This document shows positions 29,124-39,218 of a stretch of DNA of 64,000 nt, in pieces. The DNA is from Gemmatimonadales bacterium. Its GTDB lineage: Bacteria; Gemmatimonadota; Gemmatimonadetes; Gemmatimonadales; GWC2-71-9. Positions within the stretch are counted from its first letter, which is position 1; each line of letters begins with the position of its first letter. The stretch is from NCBI GenBank assembly GCA_039794085.1, contig JBDIWC010000017.1:10586-74585 (forward strand). Reading direction: 5' to 3'. The notes beneath the pieces are model-generated. The model worked only from the letters and a program-made list of their open reading frames with translations, made no database searches and was not told the DNA's origin. Position numbers and translations under genes: made by a program.

Positions 29124-30440
29124 CTACGGCAGAACCTTGGCGGCCGTGAAGTCTCCGGGGCGCGGTCCTGGGTGAAGCTGCCATCCCTCGGCGAGTGCGA
29201 GTCTCCATCCCGGTCCTTCGATTACCGTGGCGGTGGCGTTCATCCCTGCCGGCACCGGAATGCGAACCTCCCGATTGTCGGGAGCGACGAGAGCGCCACC
29301 CCGTTCCACGGTGAGCACACCCCAGTCGGCCCGGAAGGTGCCCGTCGGGTAGACGGTCCCATCCGATCCGAGCGGGATCAGGTTGTTGGGGTTGAAGCTG
29401 CGAAACATCTCGTCTGCGCGGAGAATGATGACCGGACCTTCCACGAGTTGAGTCCGGTACTTGGCCACGGCGCGCGCCCGGGCCTCCGCGCGTTCGTCCT
29501 CCTCCCGAGCCAGAGCCTCCCCTCCGTACCGTGCCGCCGCTGTCTCCACCGCAGCGGACAGGTCCTCTGGTGCCGTGAAGCCGAGTGCGGGGGGCAGTTG
29601 AGCGGCGAAGCCCTTCTCCTTGACACCGATCCGCCACTCCGGAGCGTGCCGATCGAGCAGGAGGCCCAGGAGCGGGCCGGTCCCGTAGCCGAGCGCCCGG
29701 ACGTAGGTGGGGCGGTTCTCGAAATCGGCCGCGGCCTCGGCTGGTCGTGCCGAGGGGAGGCCGGTGGACGCGAGGGACAGCCGGGTGCCGGTGTACTCGG
29801 CCAGGCCTTCCTGGATCTCAAGCGCATTCTCCAGCGAGTCGGACCCGGGGTATCGGTGATTCCGGGCGGCCCGGAAAAGCACCGCATCACGGGCCGCCTG
29901 GCGGGAAGTCCCGGAGTCCGACCGAAGGGCCGCCGCCAGGGCCCGGAGTTCCAGCCGCAGGAGGTACCGGCCATCGCGCTCATCGAGGTGGGCGTTGATG
30001 GCGTCTCGGGCATTGAGCCCAAGATCGGGCTGGATCCGATGAAAGGCCTCGTGGACCAGCAGGCGGATCCGGAGGAACGGATCGTCGGGGAGGGGGAGCC
30101 GCACCGTCGACCAGAGCCGACCCTTCCACGGAATGGCGGTGTTCGCCACCTGCATCCCCTCGGGCACCCTGCCGATCCAGAGGTTGCCCTCGCGCTCGAA
30201 GTGTCCTTCCGGGGGCCGCTCTGTGGCGACGGCGAGTCCCGTTCTTCCATCAACAACGATCAGCGGGCCGCAGAGGGATTGTCCCCACAGCCGACCGCCA
30301 TCCTGGCCACACACCCGGACAAACTCCCGAACCCCGGCCAGTGCGGCGGAGCTGTCGGCGGGCGTCTGGGCTGCACGAACCTGAGGTGCGAGGGACGCGA
30401 AGCAGAGGGGCAACAACAAGACGAGGCGCGCCGGGGGCAT
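29124..30440 (-). CDS. Exported gluzincin-like (HExxH...E) protein
   Basis: Signal peptide; LLVHEAFHRIQ and downstream EGLAEYTG. Confidence 0.65.
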   Translation of the reverse strand: MPPARLVLLLPLCFASLAPQVRAAQTPADSSAALAGVREFVRVCGQDGGRLWGQSLCGPLIVVDGRTGLAVATERPPEGHFEREGNLWIGRVPEGMQVANTAIPWKGRLWSTVRLPLPDDPFLRIRLLVHEAFHRIQPDLGLNARDAINAHLDERDGRYLLRLELRALAAALRSDSGTSRQAARDAVLFRAARNHRYPGSDSLENALEIQEGLAEYTGTRLSLASTGLPSARPAEAAADFENRPTYVRALGYGTGPLLGLLLDRHAPEWRIGVKEKGFAAQLPPALGFTAPEDLSAAVETAAARYGGEALAREEDERAEARARAVAKYRTQLVEGPVIILRADEMFRSFNPNNLIPLGSDGTVYPTGTFRADWGVLTVERGGALVAPDNREVRIPVPAGMNATATVIEGPGWRLALAEGWQLHPGPRPGDFTAAKVLP

Positions 30441-30493
30441 GTGCGGTCTCCGTGAAATTGGGAGGCGGAAGGCGTGGGGAGCGGTACGCTGTC

Positions 30494-30528
30494 CTGCCTT
30501 GGATGCTCCACTGCCTTGGATGCTCCAC
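30494..30528 (+). repeat. 17-bp tandem duplication in divergent intergenic region
   Basis: CTGCCTTGGATGCTCCA x2. Confidence 0.8.
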
Positions 30529-30691
30529 GCTCTCCATTCGTTGCGCTCGGCCCCGATCGCCGATTCCTGCATCGGCCGATTGTCAGGGCGGTGCCGCTGC
30601 TTGACGATCTCTTGACTCCCCGGGCGTTGCGTGGTGTGTCGTTGTCCATGAGGGGCGGCGGCGGAACTCAGACAAGCGAAAGGAGTACACC

Positions 30692-31822
30692 GTGCGAAGA
30701 AACGGAGTTCTTCTTGCCCTGATGGTGACGGGGCTGGTGGGGTGCGAGTCCGTGGGGACGCCAACGGCGCCCCCCCAGGATCCGGATCTCAGCCGGTTCG
30801 GGCGTCCCGACATTGTGGTGCTGCCGGGCACCTCGATCCAGGACGCCATCGATCGGGCGGCGCCGGGAGATCGGATCTTCGTGCGTCCCGGAATCTACCG
30901 CGAGACCGTCACCATCTCGAAGCCCGGAATCGCCCTGGTGGGTCTGGGGCAGCGCAATGGCACCCACGGAGTCCCGGTGATCGAGAACCCCGGCGGTGCC
31001 GACGACGGGATCAAGGTCACCTCGGCGGCGACGGGAGTCGAGATCGTCAACCTCGTGGTGCGAGGGTTCGAGGAGAACGGGGTCTATCTGCGCGGCGTGT
31101 CCGGGTTCGTGCTCCGGGACATCGTCGCCGTGGACAATGGGGAGTACGGCCTCTTCCCGGTCTTTTCCTCGGGCCTCGTCGAGCGGTGCATGGCCAGTGG
31201 GCACAGCGACACGGGCATCTACATCGGACAGTCGAGTCAGGTGGTGATTCGGAACAATGTCGCCTTCGGGAATGTGAATGGGATCGAGGTCGAGAACAGC
31301 ACCGACATTCAGGTGCTCGACAACGACACCCACGACAACACCGCTGGCATCATCGTCGTCCTCCTCCCCGGGTTTCCCACCAAGGTGTCCTCGAGCATCC
31401 TGGTCGAGGGCAACAGGGTCAAGGACAACAACCTGCCGAACTTTTCCACCGGTGGGTTCGAGCGGTTCGTTCCGGCCGGATCGGGGATTCTGGTGGTCGG
31501 CGCCGATCAGACCACGGTGCGCAACAACACGGTGCACGGAAACAACTTCGTGGGCATCGCCGTGGCCAACACCGGTTTGCTGGCTCAGTTGGCCGGAGTA
31601 CCGATTGACGTGGAGCCGTTCCCCGATGGCGCCCGCGTCGAGAACAACACGGTCACGGGCAACGGAGGGACTCAGCCCATTCCGTTCCTCCCGCCCGGAA
31701 CCGACCTGCTGTGGGACGGGACCGGTGTCGGTGCCTGTTGGACCGGGAACACCTTCCTGACCAGCCTGAACCTCGATCTCCTGGGTGGGAATCCGAGCCC
31801 GTCTCTTCCGGCCTGTTCATAG
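30692..31822 (+). CDS. Right-handed parallel beta-helix lipoprotein
   Basis: AAAGGAG RBS; lipobox LVGC; SIQDAIDRA.PGD, NGEYGLFPV, SDTGIYIGQS, GIEVENS; Asn ladders. Confidence 0.85.
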   Translation: MRRNGVLLALMVTGLVGCESVGTPTAPPQDPDLSRFGRPDIVVLPGTSIQDAIDRAAPGDRIFVRPGIYRETVTISKPGIALVGLGQRNGTHGVPVIENPGGADDGIKVTSAATGVEIVNLVVRGFEENGVYLRGVSGFVLRDIVAVDNGEYGLFPVFSSGLVERCMASGHSDTGIYIGQSSQVVIRNNVAFGNVNGIEVENSTDIQVLDNDTHDNTAGIIVVLLPGFPTKVSSSILVEGNRVKDNNLPNFSTGGFERFVPAGSGILVVGADQTTVRNNTVHGNNFVGIAVANTGLLAQLAGVPIDVEPFPDGARVENNTVTGNGGTQPIPFLPPGTDLLWDGTGVGACWTGNTFLTSLNLDLLGGNPSPSLPACS

Positions 31823-31951
31823 CTGATTGCCAACCAAAACGGACCGGCCGTGATTCTGAACGCCTCGCTCTCCGCGGGGCGTTCAGCATGTCCACCCCGG
31901 AAACCCATGCCCGCTCTCAGATGGATACGCCAACGAGCTGATGGTGTGCGC

Positions 31952-31981
31952 TTGCCGCGAGGACGGCGGGTGGCGTATACT
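31952..31981 (+). promoter_or_regulatory. Possible sigma70 promoter for TRAP permeases
   Basis: TTGCCG-N18-TATACT upstream of 32038. Confidence 0.4.
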
Positions 31982-32037
31982 CGGGCGCACCGCCGCGTTG
32001 TCCCCTCGTTCACCCCATCCGGAGTCGTGACACCCGC

Positions 32038-32610
32038 ATGCGCGCCCTGCTCGCCTTCGCCCGCGCCGTGGGCCGCCTTACCGACGCAGTGTATGCCGCG
32101 ATCCGGTGGCTCACCCTGGCGATGATCCTGGTCGGTGCGCTGAACGCGCTGGCGCGCTACGCCACGCGATACACGGGGGTGTCGCTGGCGTCCAACGCCG
32201 CGTTCGACCTGCAGTGGTACATGTTCAGCCTGATCTTCCTGCTGGGCGCGGCGTACGGCCTGCGACACGATGTTCATGTCCGGGTGGACGTGCTGTACAG
32301 CCGGGTGGCCCCGCGCACCCGCGCCTGGATCGACCTGGTCGGCACGGCGCTCTTTCTGGTCCCCTTCTGTGTCATGATGCTGCTGACCTCCTGGCCCGCC
32401 GTCCGCAACTCCTGGGCCGTGCGCGAGGGGTCCCCCGATCCGGGGGGACTGGCCCGGTACCCGATCAAGACCGTGCTGCTGGCCTGTTTCGCTCTGCTGC
32501 TGCTCCAGGCCCTGGCCCAGATCATCACTCGCATCGCGGAGCTTCGGGACGGGACCACGGAACTGCCGACCGGGGAGTCGCCCGGCACGCCCGTCCCGGG
32601 GGGTCTCTGA
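32038..32610 (+). CDS. TRAP transporter small permease (DctQ family)
   Basis: LQWYMF, HVRVDVLY, SPDPGGL..YPIK; 4 TMs. Confidence 0.92.
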   Translation: MRALLAFARAVGRLTDAVYAAIRWLTLAMILVGALNALARYATRYTGVSLASNAAFDLQWYMFSLIFLLGAAYGLRHDVHVRVDVLYSRVAPRTRAWIDLVGTALFLVPFCVMMLLTSWPAVRNSWAVREGSPDPGGLARYPIKTVLLACFALLLLQALAQIITRIAELRDGTTELPTGESPGTPVPGGL

Positions 32611-33909
32611 ATGGAGGGGCTCTGGGGTCCCGCGATGTTCGTAGTCGCCCTCATTCTCATCTTCAGTGGGTTTCCGGTGGCCTTCGTGCTGGCCGGAACC
32701 GGCCTGCTCTTTGCCGGGCTCGGCACTCTGACGGGGCATTTCGATCCCGCCCTGCTGCTCGCCATGCCGGAGCGCGCCTTCGGCACGATGTCGAACTACA
32801 CCCTGCTGGCGGTTCCCTTCTTCATCTTCATGGGGGCCACCCTCGAGAAATCCCGTCTCGCGGAGCAGCTCCTCGAATCCATCGGGATCTTCTTCGGGCG
32901 GTTCCGCGGTGGTCTCGGTCTCGGGGTGGTCGTGGTGGGGGCTCTCCTCGCCGCGGCGACCGGGGTGGTGGGCGCCTCGGTGACGGCGATGGGGCTGATC
33001 TCGCTTCCGGTGATGCTCCGCCATGGCTACCAGCGCGAGTTCTCCCTGGGGGTGATCGCCGCATCGGGCACCCTGGGCCAGATCATCCCCCCGAGCATCG
33101 TGCTGATCGTCCTGGGGGACCAGCTCGGAGTGTCCGTCGGATCGCTGTTTCGCGCCGCCGTCGTCCCCGGTCTCGTCCTCACGGGATGTTACGCGCTCTT
33201 CGTGATCGGCACCGCCGCCTTCCGGCCCAGGGTGGCTCCGGCCCTGCCGCGAGAGGTTCACGACATCGGCACGCGGCGGCTGGTGCGGCTGTTGCTGGGT
33301 TCCCTCCTGCCCCCACTGTTTCTGATTCTCGTGGTGCTGGGGAGCATCTTCGCCGGCATCGCGACACCCACGGAAGCGGGTGCCCTCGGGGCCATCGGGG
33401 CGATGATCCTCGCCGCCCTCAACCATCAGTTCACCCGCGCGGGACTCTCGGACGCCATGCACGAGACCACCCGGCTGACCATCATGGTGGTGTTCCTGCT
33501 GATCGGGTCGATGACCTTCGCCCTGGTCTTCCGCGGGCTGAACGGGGACCTCTGGCTGGAAGGGCTCCTCACCAATCTGCCGGGGGGAGTGATCGGTTTC
33601 CTGATCGTGGTCAACCTGATCGTGTTCGCCCTCGGGTTCTTCATCGACTTTTTCGAGATTGCCTTCATCATCGTGCCGCTGGTGGCGCCACCCGCCGCCC
33701 TGCTCGGCATCGACCTCACCTGGCTCGGCGTTCTCCTGGCCATGAACATGCAGGCGTCGTTCCTGACCCCGCCCTTTGGCTTCTCGCTCTTCTATCTGCG
33801 GGGGGTGACCCCGGCCGAGATCCCCACCACGGCCATCTACCGCGGGGTCATCCCGTTCATCATCATCCAGGTGCTGGTCGTGGCGGGGATGGTGCTGATC
33901 GGGAGGTGA
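32611..33909 (+). CDS. TRAP transporter large permease (DctM family)
   Basis: LLAVPFFIFMG, SGTLGQIIPPS, ATPTEAG, SFLTPPFGFSLFYL. Confidence 0.94.
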   Translation: MEGLWGPAMFVVALILIFSGFPVAFVLAGTGLLFAGLGTLTGHFDPALLLAMPERAFGTMSNYTLLAVPFFIFMGATLEKSRLAEQLLESIGIFFGRFRGGLGLGVVVVGALLAAATGVVGASVTAMGLISLPVMLRHGYQREFSLGVIAASGTLGQIIPPSIVLIVLGDQLGVSVGSLFRAAVVPGLVLTGCYALFVIGTAAFRPRVAPALPREVHDIGTRRLVRLLLGSLLPPLFLILVVLGSIFAGIATPTEAGALGAIGAMILAALNHQFTRAGLSDAMHETTRLTIMVVFLLIGSMTFALVFRGLNGDLWLEGLLTNLPGGVIGFLIVVNLIVFALGFFIDFFEIAFIIVPLVAPPAALLGIDLTWLGVLLAMNMQASFLTPPFGFSLFYLRGVTPAEIPTTAIYRGVIPFIIIQVLVVAGMVLIGR

Positions 33910-33936
33910 CCCGGTCGCTGCCGCGGCGCACCTCCG

Positions 33937-35052
33937 TTACTTGCTGAAGGTGAACGCCGCGTAGGCCTGCTCGGCCCCGTTGAAGTAGCCGAAGGCCTGT
34001 TCCCGGAAGGCCTTCCACGGGTCGTAGATCCGTCGGAACGCCGGGTCCCGGCCGGCGTGATCCTCCAGCAGGGCGTTGCTTTCCCGCCAGGCGGCCTCGA
34101 GGAGATCGACCGGGAAGGGTCGCACCTCGACTCCGGCGTCCCGAAGCCGGGTCAGGGCCGGCGGGTTGAGCGCATCGTAGCGCTCGAGCATGGCCTGATT
34201 CTGCTCGGCGGCCGCCACGGCCAGCGCATGCTGATAGGTGACCGGGAGTGCGTCGAACGCGCGGCGGTTGACCATCAGAGTGAGCGTCACACCCGGCTCA
34301 TGCCACCCCGGGTAGTAGTAGAACCGCGCCACCTGGTGAAAGCCCAACCGCTCGTCGTCGTGGGGCCCCACCCATTCCGTGGCGTCGATGGCACCCCGTT
34401 CCAGGGCGGGATAGATCTCGCCGCCCGCCATGACCTGCACCGACACGCCGAGCCGGGACATGACCTCGCCGCCCATGCCGGGAATGCGCATGCGCAGGCC
34501 CCGGAGATCGGTCACCGAATCGATCGGGCGCCGGAACCATCCGCCGAACTGAGCTCCGGTGTTGCCACAGGGGAACTGGATCACCCCGAAGTCGGCGTAG
34601 ACCTGCCGGAGCGCCTCCATTCCTCCCCCTTCCCTCTGCCAGGCGTTCTGCTGGCGGGCGGTGAGGCCGAAAGGAACCCCCGTGTCGAAGGCGAGGGCGG
34701 GGTTCTTGCCCAGATAGTAGTAGCTCGCGGTATGCCCGGCGTGCACCGTTCCCTGCTGCACCGCGTCCATCACCTGGAGGCCGGGTACCAGCTCTCCCGC
34801 GGGGTAGCTGCGAATGCGGAACCGGCCCCCGGTGAGCTGGTCCACTCGCTCCGCGAGGTGTTCCGCGGAACCGTAGATCACGTCGAGACTGCGCGGAAAG
34901 CTGGAGGCGAGCCGCCAGTTCACCTGCGGTCCCCCGGCGGTGCCGCCTTCGCCCGCCGGGCTGGAGTCCGCCCCCACACAGGCCCCGGCGGCCGCGGTAC
35001 CGGCGGTGGCCAGGGCCGCTGTCTTCAGAAAGTCCCGTCGCTGCATCGTCAT
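33937..35052 (-). CDS. TRAP substrate-binding protein, TakP/alpha-keto-acid-like, Tat lipoprotein
   Basis: RRDFLK Tat motif, AGAC lipobox, GNTGAQFGGWF, MRIPG, IDATEWVGP.DD, YYYPGWHEPG. Confidence 0.92.
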   Translation of the reverse strand: MTMQRRDFLKTAALATAGTAAAGACVGADSSPAGEGGTAGGPQVNWRLASSFPRSLDVIYGSAEHLAERVDQLTGGRFRIRSYPAGELVPGLQVMDAVQQGTVHAGHTASYYYLGKNPALAFDTGVPFGLTARQQNAWQREGGGMEALRQVYADFGVIQFPCGNTGAQFGGWFRRPIDSVTDLRGLRMRIPGMGGEVMSRLGVSVQVMAGGEIYPALERGAIDATEWVGPHDDERLGFHQVARFYYYPGWHEPGVTLTLMVNRRAFDALPVTYQHALAVAAAEQNQAMLERYDALNPPALTRLRDAGVEVRPFPVDLLEAAWRESNALLEDHAGRDPAFRRIYDPWKAFREQAFGYFNGAEQAYAAFTFSK

Positions 35053-35088
35053 GCGTCTGCCCGTTCCGAGAGGGTGGAGTGGTCCGTG

Positions 35089-36045
35089 CTACTGTCGTCC
35101 GGCCGCGGCTCGGCCTCGTTCCAGGGTTGCGGCTCCCCCCGGCGTCAGGCCCCCATCGCCAAAAGCCACCGTCACGAAGTTGAACCCCTCCCGGAGTCTC
35201 TGCTCAATGGTACCGGCTCCCGTGGTGATCCCGATCGGAATGTTCCGAGCCCGGGCTGCCCGGAGCACCGTCTGAATGGCCTCCTCCAGCGCGGCCTGCC
35301 CCTCGGCCCCCGTCCCGCCCAGCGAGAGCCGAAGGTCCGCCGGTCCGATGAAGATCGCGGAGATGCCCGGTACTGCGAGGATCTCATCGACATTGCGGAC
35401 TCCCTCCCCCGTCTCGATCTGGAGCACTGCCATGAGCTCACCCCGCGGATCGAGGGGCCAGACGTCCGCGCGGTCGGTGTAATCCGGAATACCCCAGAGC
35501 CAGGCTGCGTTACCCGCTCCGGATCCGCGAATCCCCTCCGGCGCATGGTCGGGGACACCCCGCGGCTGGGGATAGCGGACCGATCGGACCGCCCGCAGGG
35601 CTTCCTCCGCGGTATTGATGTGGGGGAACATCACTCCCATGGCGCCGACATCCAGGACCTGTTTGGCGACATGCGTCGTCATGTCACCCCCGTTGACCGG
35701 GATCCGGACGATGGGAGTCACATCCGGCTGCAGGTTGCCCTTTTCCTGGATCCGGCGGCGGTCGGTCATCCCGAGCAGGAAAATTCGCAGCCGCTCGATG
35801 TCCAGCGGCCCATGTTCCATGTCGATCAGGACGAAGTCGAGCCCCGACCGGGCGAGCGCGCGGGCGTTTTCCAGCGACCGGTCATGGCTGAAGATGCCGA
35901 AGGTGGGCTGCCCCCCCTCCAGCAGCTCGATGGTTCGGTTGAGGCGTGCGGTCGGAGGGGAGGTCGCCTGTGCTCCGAGGGAGGCGGGGGCGGGGGCAAT
36001 CGCCAGGAGGAGGGCCGTGGGGACGGCCAGCGTGAGGTGGGTCAC
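35089..36045 (-). CDS. HpcH/HpaI aldolase-family protein with N-terminal signal peptide
   Basis: LIDMEHG, LQIETGEG, FIGPADL; leader MTHLTLAVPTALLLAIAPAPASLGAQ from GTG 36045. Confidence 0.85.
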   Translation of the reverse strand: MTHLTLAVPTALLLAIAPAPASLGAQATSPPTARLNRTIELLEGGQPTFGIFSHDRSLENARALARSGLDFVLIDMEHGPLDIERLRIFLLGMTDRRRIQEKGNLQPDVTPIVRIPVNGGDMTTHVAKQVLDVGAMGVMFPHINTAEEALRAVRSVRYPQPRGVPDHAPEGIRGSGAGNAAWLWGIPDYTDRADVWPLDPRGELMAVLQIETGEGVRNVDEILAVPGISAIFIGPADLRLSLGGTGAEGQAALEEAIQTVLRAARARNIPIGITTGAGTIEQRLREGFNFVTVAFGDGGLTPGGAATLERGRAAAGRQ

Positions 36046-36230
36046 GGAGATCTCCGGAAGGGTGTGGGGTGCCGTTGAGAACAATCTACCTCTCTCCCCG
36101 GCCTGCGGTGAGGGGGTCACGCGGGAGGCCCCGCGAGGGACTAGCCCGACGGCCGGAGTGGGGCGTAAGTTGTCAGGGTGTGGGGACCGGGAGACCGGGA
36201 CGTCGCGGACACCATTTTCAAGGAACAGTG

Positions 36231-37256
36231 ATGCGCCTTCCCCTCGTGATCCCGGGGTCGTGTCTCCTGGCGACCCTGTCGGTTCCCGGAACCGCGGCGT
36301 CGCAGATGACCGCACCGAACCCCTATCAAATGCCGGCGGAATCCTGGGGGCAACTCCCCGCGGGACGGACCTGGGGTGCGACGAGTGGCATCTGGACCGC
36401 GCCCGACGGCCGGTCGATCTGGGTGGCGGAGCGGTGCGGTGCCAACCAGTGCGCCGGATCGCCCCTCGATCCGATTCTCCTCTTCGATTCGTCCGGCCGG
36501 GTGGTGCGCAGCATGGGGGCGGGGCTCTTCGCCTGGCCTCACGGACTCCATGTGGACCGCGAAGGCAATGTCTGGGTCACCGATGCCGTGGGGTTCGGCG
36601 AACAGCCCCCCGGGCTGGGGCACGTGATTCACAAGTTCAGCCCCCGTGGCGACCTGCTGATGACCCTCGGGGAAAAGGGTGTCGCGGGGCGGGGACCTCG
36701 GCATTTCCGCAAGCCCTCCGCGGTTCTGGTGGCGCCGGGTGGGGAGATCTTCATCGCCGATGGCCACGACGCCGAGGGGAACAACCGGATAGTCAAACTC
36801 GCCCCTGACGGTAGCTTCCTTCTGGAATGGGGCGACACCGGCTCCGAGGCGGGTGAATTCCGGGATCCGCATGCCCTGGCGATGGATTCCGCGGGGCGCC
36901 TCTTCGTGGCGGACCGGGGGAACAGCCGCATCCAGATCTTCGACCAGAACGGGCGGCATCTCGCCACCTGGACCCAGTTCGGTCGCGCGAGCGGGCTCTT
37001 CATCGATGGAGACGACATGCTCTACGCGGTGGATTCGGAATCGAACACCCGTCGCAATCCGGGCTGGCGGCGCGGCCTGTACATTGGAAGTGCGCGCACC
37101 GGCTGGGTGAGTGCCTTCGTCCCGGACCCGGAACCGGACCCCGATGGGTCTGCCACCAGTTTCGCGGAGGGGGTCGCGGTGGACGCGGACGGCCGGGTCT
37201 ACGGTGCCGAGGTCGGATCCAGATCGGTGCGTCGGTACGTCCGGAGGGTACCATGA
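36231..37256 (+). CDS. Exported NHL-repeat protein (peptidyl-alpha-hydroxyglycine amidating lyase-like)
   Basis: Signal peptide; WPHGLHVD.EGNVWVTD, IADGH, NNRIVK, PHALAMDS.GRLFVADRGNSRIQIFDQNG. Confidence 0.82.
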   Translation: MRLPLVIPGSCLLATLSVPGTAASQMTAPNPYQMPAESWGQLPAGRTWGATSGIWTAPDGRSIWVAERCGANQCAGSPLDPILLFDSSGRVVRSMGAGLFAWPHGLHVDREGNVWVTDAVGFGEQPPGLGHVIHKFSPRGDLLMTLGEKGVAGRGPRHFRKPSAVLVAPGGEIFIADGHDAEGNNRIVKLAPDGSFLLEWGDTGSEAGEFRDPHALAMDSAGRLFVADRGNSRIQIFDQNGRHLATWTQFGRASGLFIDGDDMLYAVDSESNTRRNPGWRRGLYIGSARTGWVSAFVPDPEPDPDGSATSFAEGVAVDADGRVYGAEVGSRSVRRYVRRVP

Positions 37257-39211
37257 GCACCCCGAACCTGAGGAGGGGAGCCACCCTGGGATTCGCCGCT
37301 CTCGTGGCCTCCCTCACGACGTTGCCCGCACAGAGCGCCGAATCCGCGGACTGGCGCTACTGGGGAGGGGATATCCGGAGCACCCGTTCCTCCCCGCACG
37401 GCCAGATCACCGGGGAGAACTTCGGCGACCTGGAAGTGGCCTGGCTCTGGCACGCCGAGAACTTCAGCCCCGGCGGCGACGGGCTCCTGCGGGCCACGCC
37501 GATCTACGCCGAGGGAAAGCTGTTCACCGTGGCGGGGAGTCGGCGGTCGGTGGTGGCGATCGATCCCGCCACCGGCGAGACCCTCTGGATGTTTCGTGAA
37601 CCCGAGACCAAGCGGTGGCGCGACTCGATGCGCAAGGATTACGGCAAGGGAGTGGCGTACGATGTGGTGGACGGCCGGGGCCGAATTCTGGTGGTGACAC
37701 CGGCGTTCTTCCTCCATGCGCTCGACGCCGAAACCGGACTCCCGGTTCGCGACTTCGGCGAGAACGGCACCATCGATCTCCTCGATCATCTGGGGCCGTG
37801 GGCCCACGACCGGGATGCGGGGTTGCCGGAGGACGTCGGCTACATCACCAATTCCTCCCCGCCAATCGTGGTCGATGGCGTCATCATCGTGGGAAACTCC
37901 CATGAGCAGGGCTACTACCAGAACCGGCGGAAGAATGTGCCCGGAAACATTCTGGCGTATGATGTGCGCACCGGTCGGCACCTCTGGACCTTCAACGTCA
38001 TCCCGCGTCCCGGGGAGTTCGGGCATGAGACCTGGGGCTCCGACGCCTGGAGGGACATCGGCAATGTCTCCTCGTGGGCTCCCCTGTCGGCCGATCCCGA
38101 GCTGGGTCTGGTCTACATTCCGACCGATCCGCCCACGGTGGATTACTTCGGAGGCATCCGGCCGGGAGACAATCTCTTCGCCACCAGCATTCTCGCGCTC
38201 GATGTCCGGACCGGTCGCCGCGCCTGGCACTTCCAGACCGTGCACCACGACATCTGGAATTACGACAATCCGCATGCCCCGCAACTCGTGGATCTCACCG
38301 TCGAGGGCCGGCGGGTTCCGGCCCTGGTCCAGGTCACCAAGCAGGGCTTCACATTCGTGTTGAATCGCCAGACCGGTGAGCCGGTGTGGCCCATCGAGGA
38401 GCGCCCGGTCCCGCCCTCGGATGTGCCGGGCGAGCACACGTCTCCCACCCAGCCCTTCCCCACGCGTCCCGCCCCATTCGAAATGCAGGGCCTCACCGAG
38501 GATGACCTGATCGATTACACTCCCGAGTTGCGCAGACGCGCCCGGGAGGCCGTCTCCCGGTTCCGCCTCGGCCCCCTCTTCAATCCGCCGGCGGTGCAGG
38601 GGGCCCACGGTCTGGAGGCCTCGATTCACTGTCCCGGTGCCAACGGTGGGGCCAACATTCCCGGAGGCGCGGCCCTTGATCCCGCCTCGGGCATCCTCTA
38701 CGTCGCGTCGGTCAAGGGGTGCAGCGCTCCCCGTCTGGTTCCGGGTGTGAGCGTGGATTCCGCGTCGGACGTGGCATGGGTTTCGGTGGGCCCCGGCGGG
38801 GTCGGTGGCGTGGAGGGACTGCCCCTCTTCAAACCTCCGTACGGACGGATCACGGCCATCGACCTCCTTACGGGCGATCACCTCTGGTGGATTCCCAATG
38901 GGGACACCCCGGACGCCGTGCGCAACCACCCGATGCTCCAGGGCGTGGACGTGGGGCGGACGGGCGCGGGCACCCACGCCACGCCGATGGTGACCGGGAC
39001 GCTGCTCATCTATGGCGAGGGGAGGGGAGGGCGTCCTCTGCTGCACGCGGTGGACAAGCGCACCGGGGCCGAGCTCGCCACCGTCGCCCTCCCGGGACCG
39101 ACCATGACCGCCCCGATGACATTCATGCACCGCGGGGTGCAGTACATCGTGAGTGCCATCGGGGGTCGCGACGTCCGCGCCGGTCTGGTGGCCCTCCGGC
39201 TGCCCGAGTGA
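37253..39211 (+). CDS. Soluble PQQ-dependent dehydrogenase (quinoprotein glucose dehydrogenase-like)
   Basis: Signal peptide; DWRYWGGD, ATPIY, FQTVHHDIWNYD, PVWPIEERPVP, GGAN..GAALDP, PPYGRITAIDL, APMTF. Confidence 0.9.
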   Translation: MSTPNLRRGATLGFAALVASLTTLPAQSAESADWRYWGGDIRSTRSSPHGQITGENFGDLEVAWLWHAENFSPGGDGLLRATPIYAEGKLFTVAGSRRSVVAIDPATGETLWMFREPETKRWRDSMRKDYGKGVAYDVVDGRGRILVVTPAFFLHALDAETGLPVRDFGENGTIDLLDHLGPWAHDRDAGLPEDVGYITNSSPPIVVDGVIIVGNSHEQGYYQNRRKNVPGNILAYDVRTGRHLWTFNVIPRPGEFGHETWGSDAWRDIGNVSSWAPLSADPELGLVYIPTDPPTVDYFGGIRPGDNLFATSILALDVRTGRRAWHFQTVHHDIWNYDNPHAPQLVDLTVEGRRVPALVQVTKQGFTFVLNRQTGEPVWPIEERPVPPSDVPGEHTSPTQPFPTRPAPFEMQGLTEDDLIDYTPELRRRAREAVSRFRLGPLFNPPAVQGAHGLEASIHCPGANGGANIPGGAALDPASGILYVASVKGCSAPRLVPGVSVDSASDVAWVSVGPGGVGGVEGLPLFKPPYGRITAIDLLTGDHLWWIPNGDTPDAVRNHPMLQGVDVGRTGAGTHATPMVTGTLLIYGEGRGGRPLLHAVDKRTGAELATVALPGPTMTAPMTFMHRGVQYIVSAIGGRDVRAGLVALRLPE

Positions 39212-39218
39212 GCGACCG

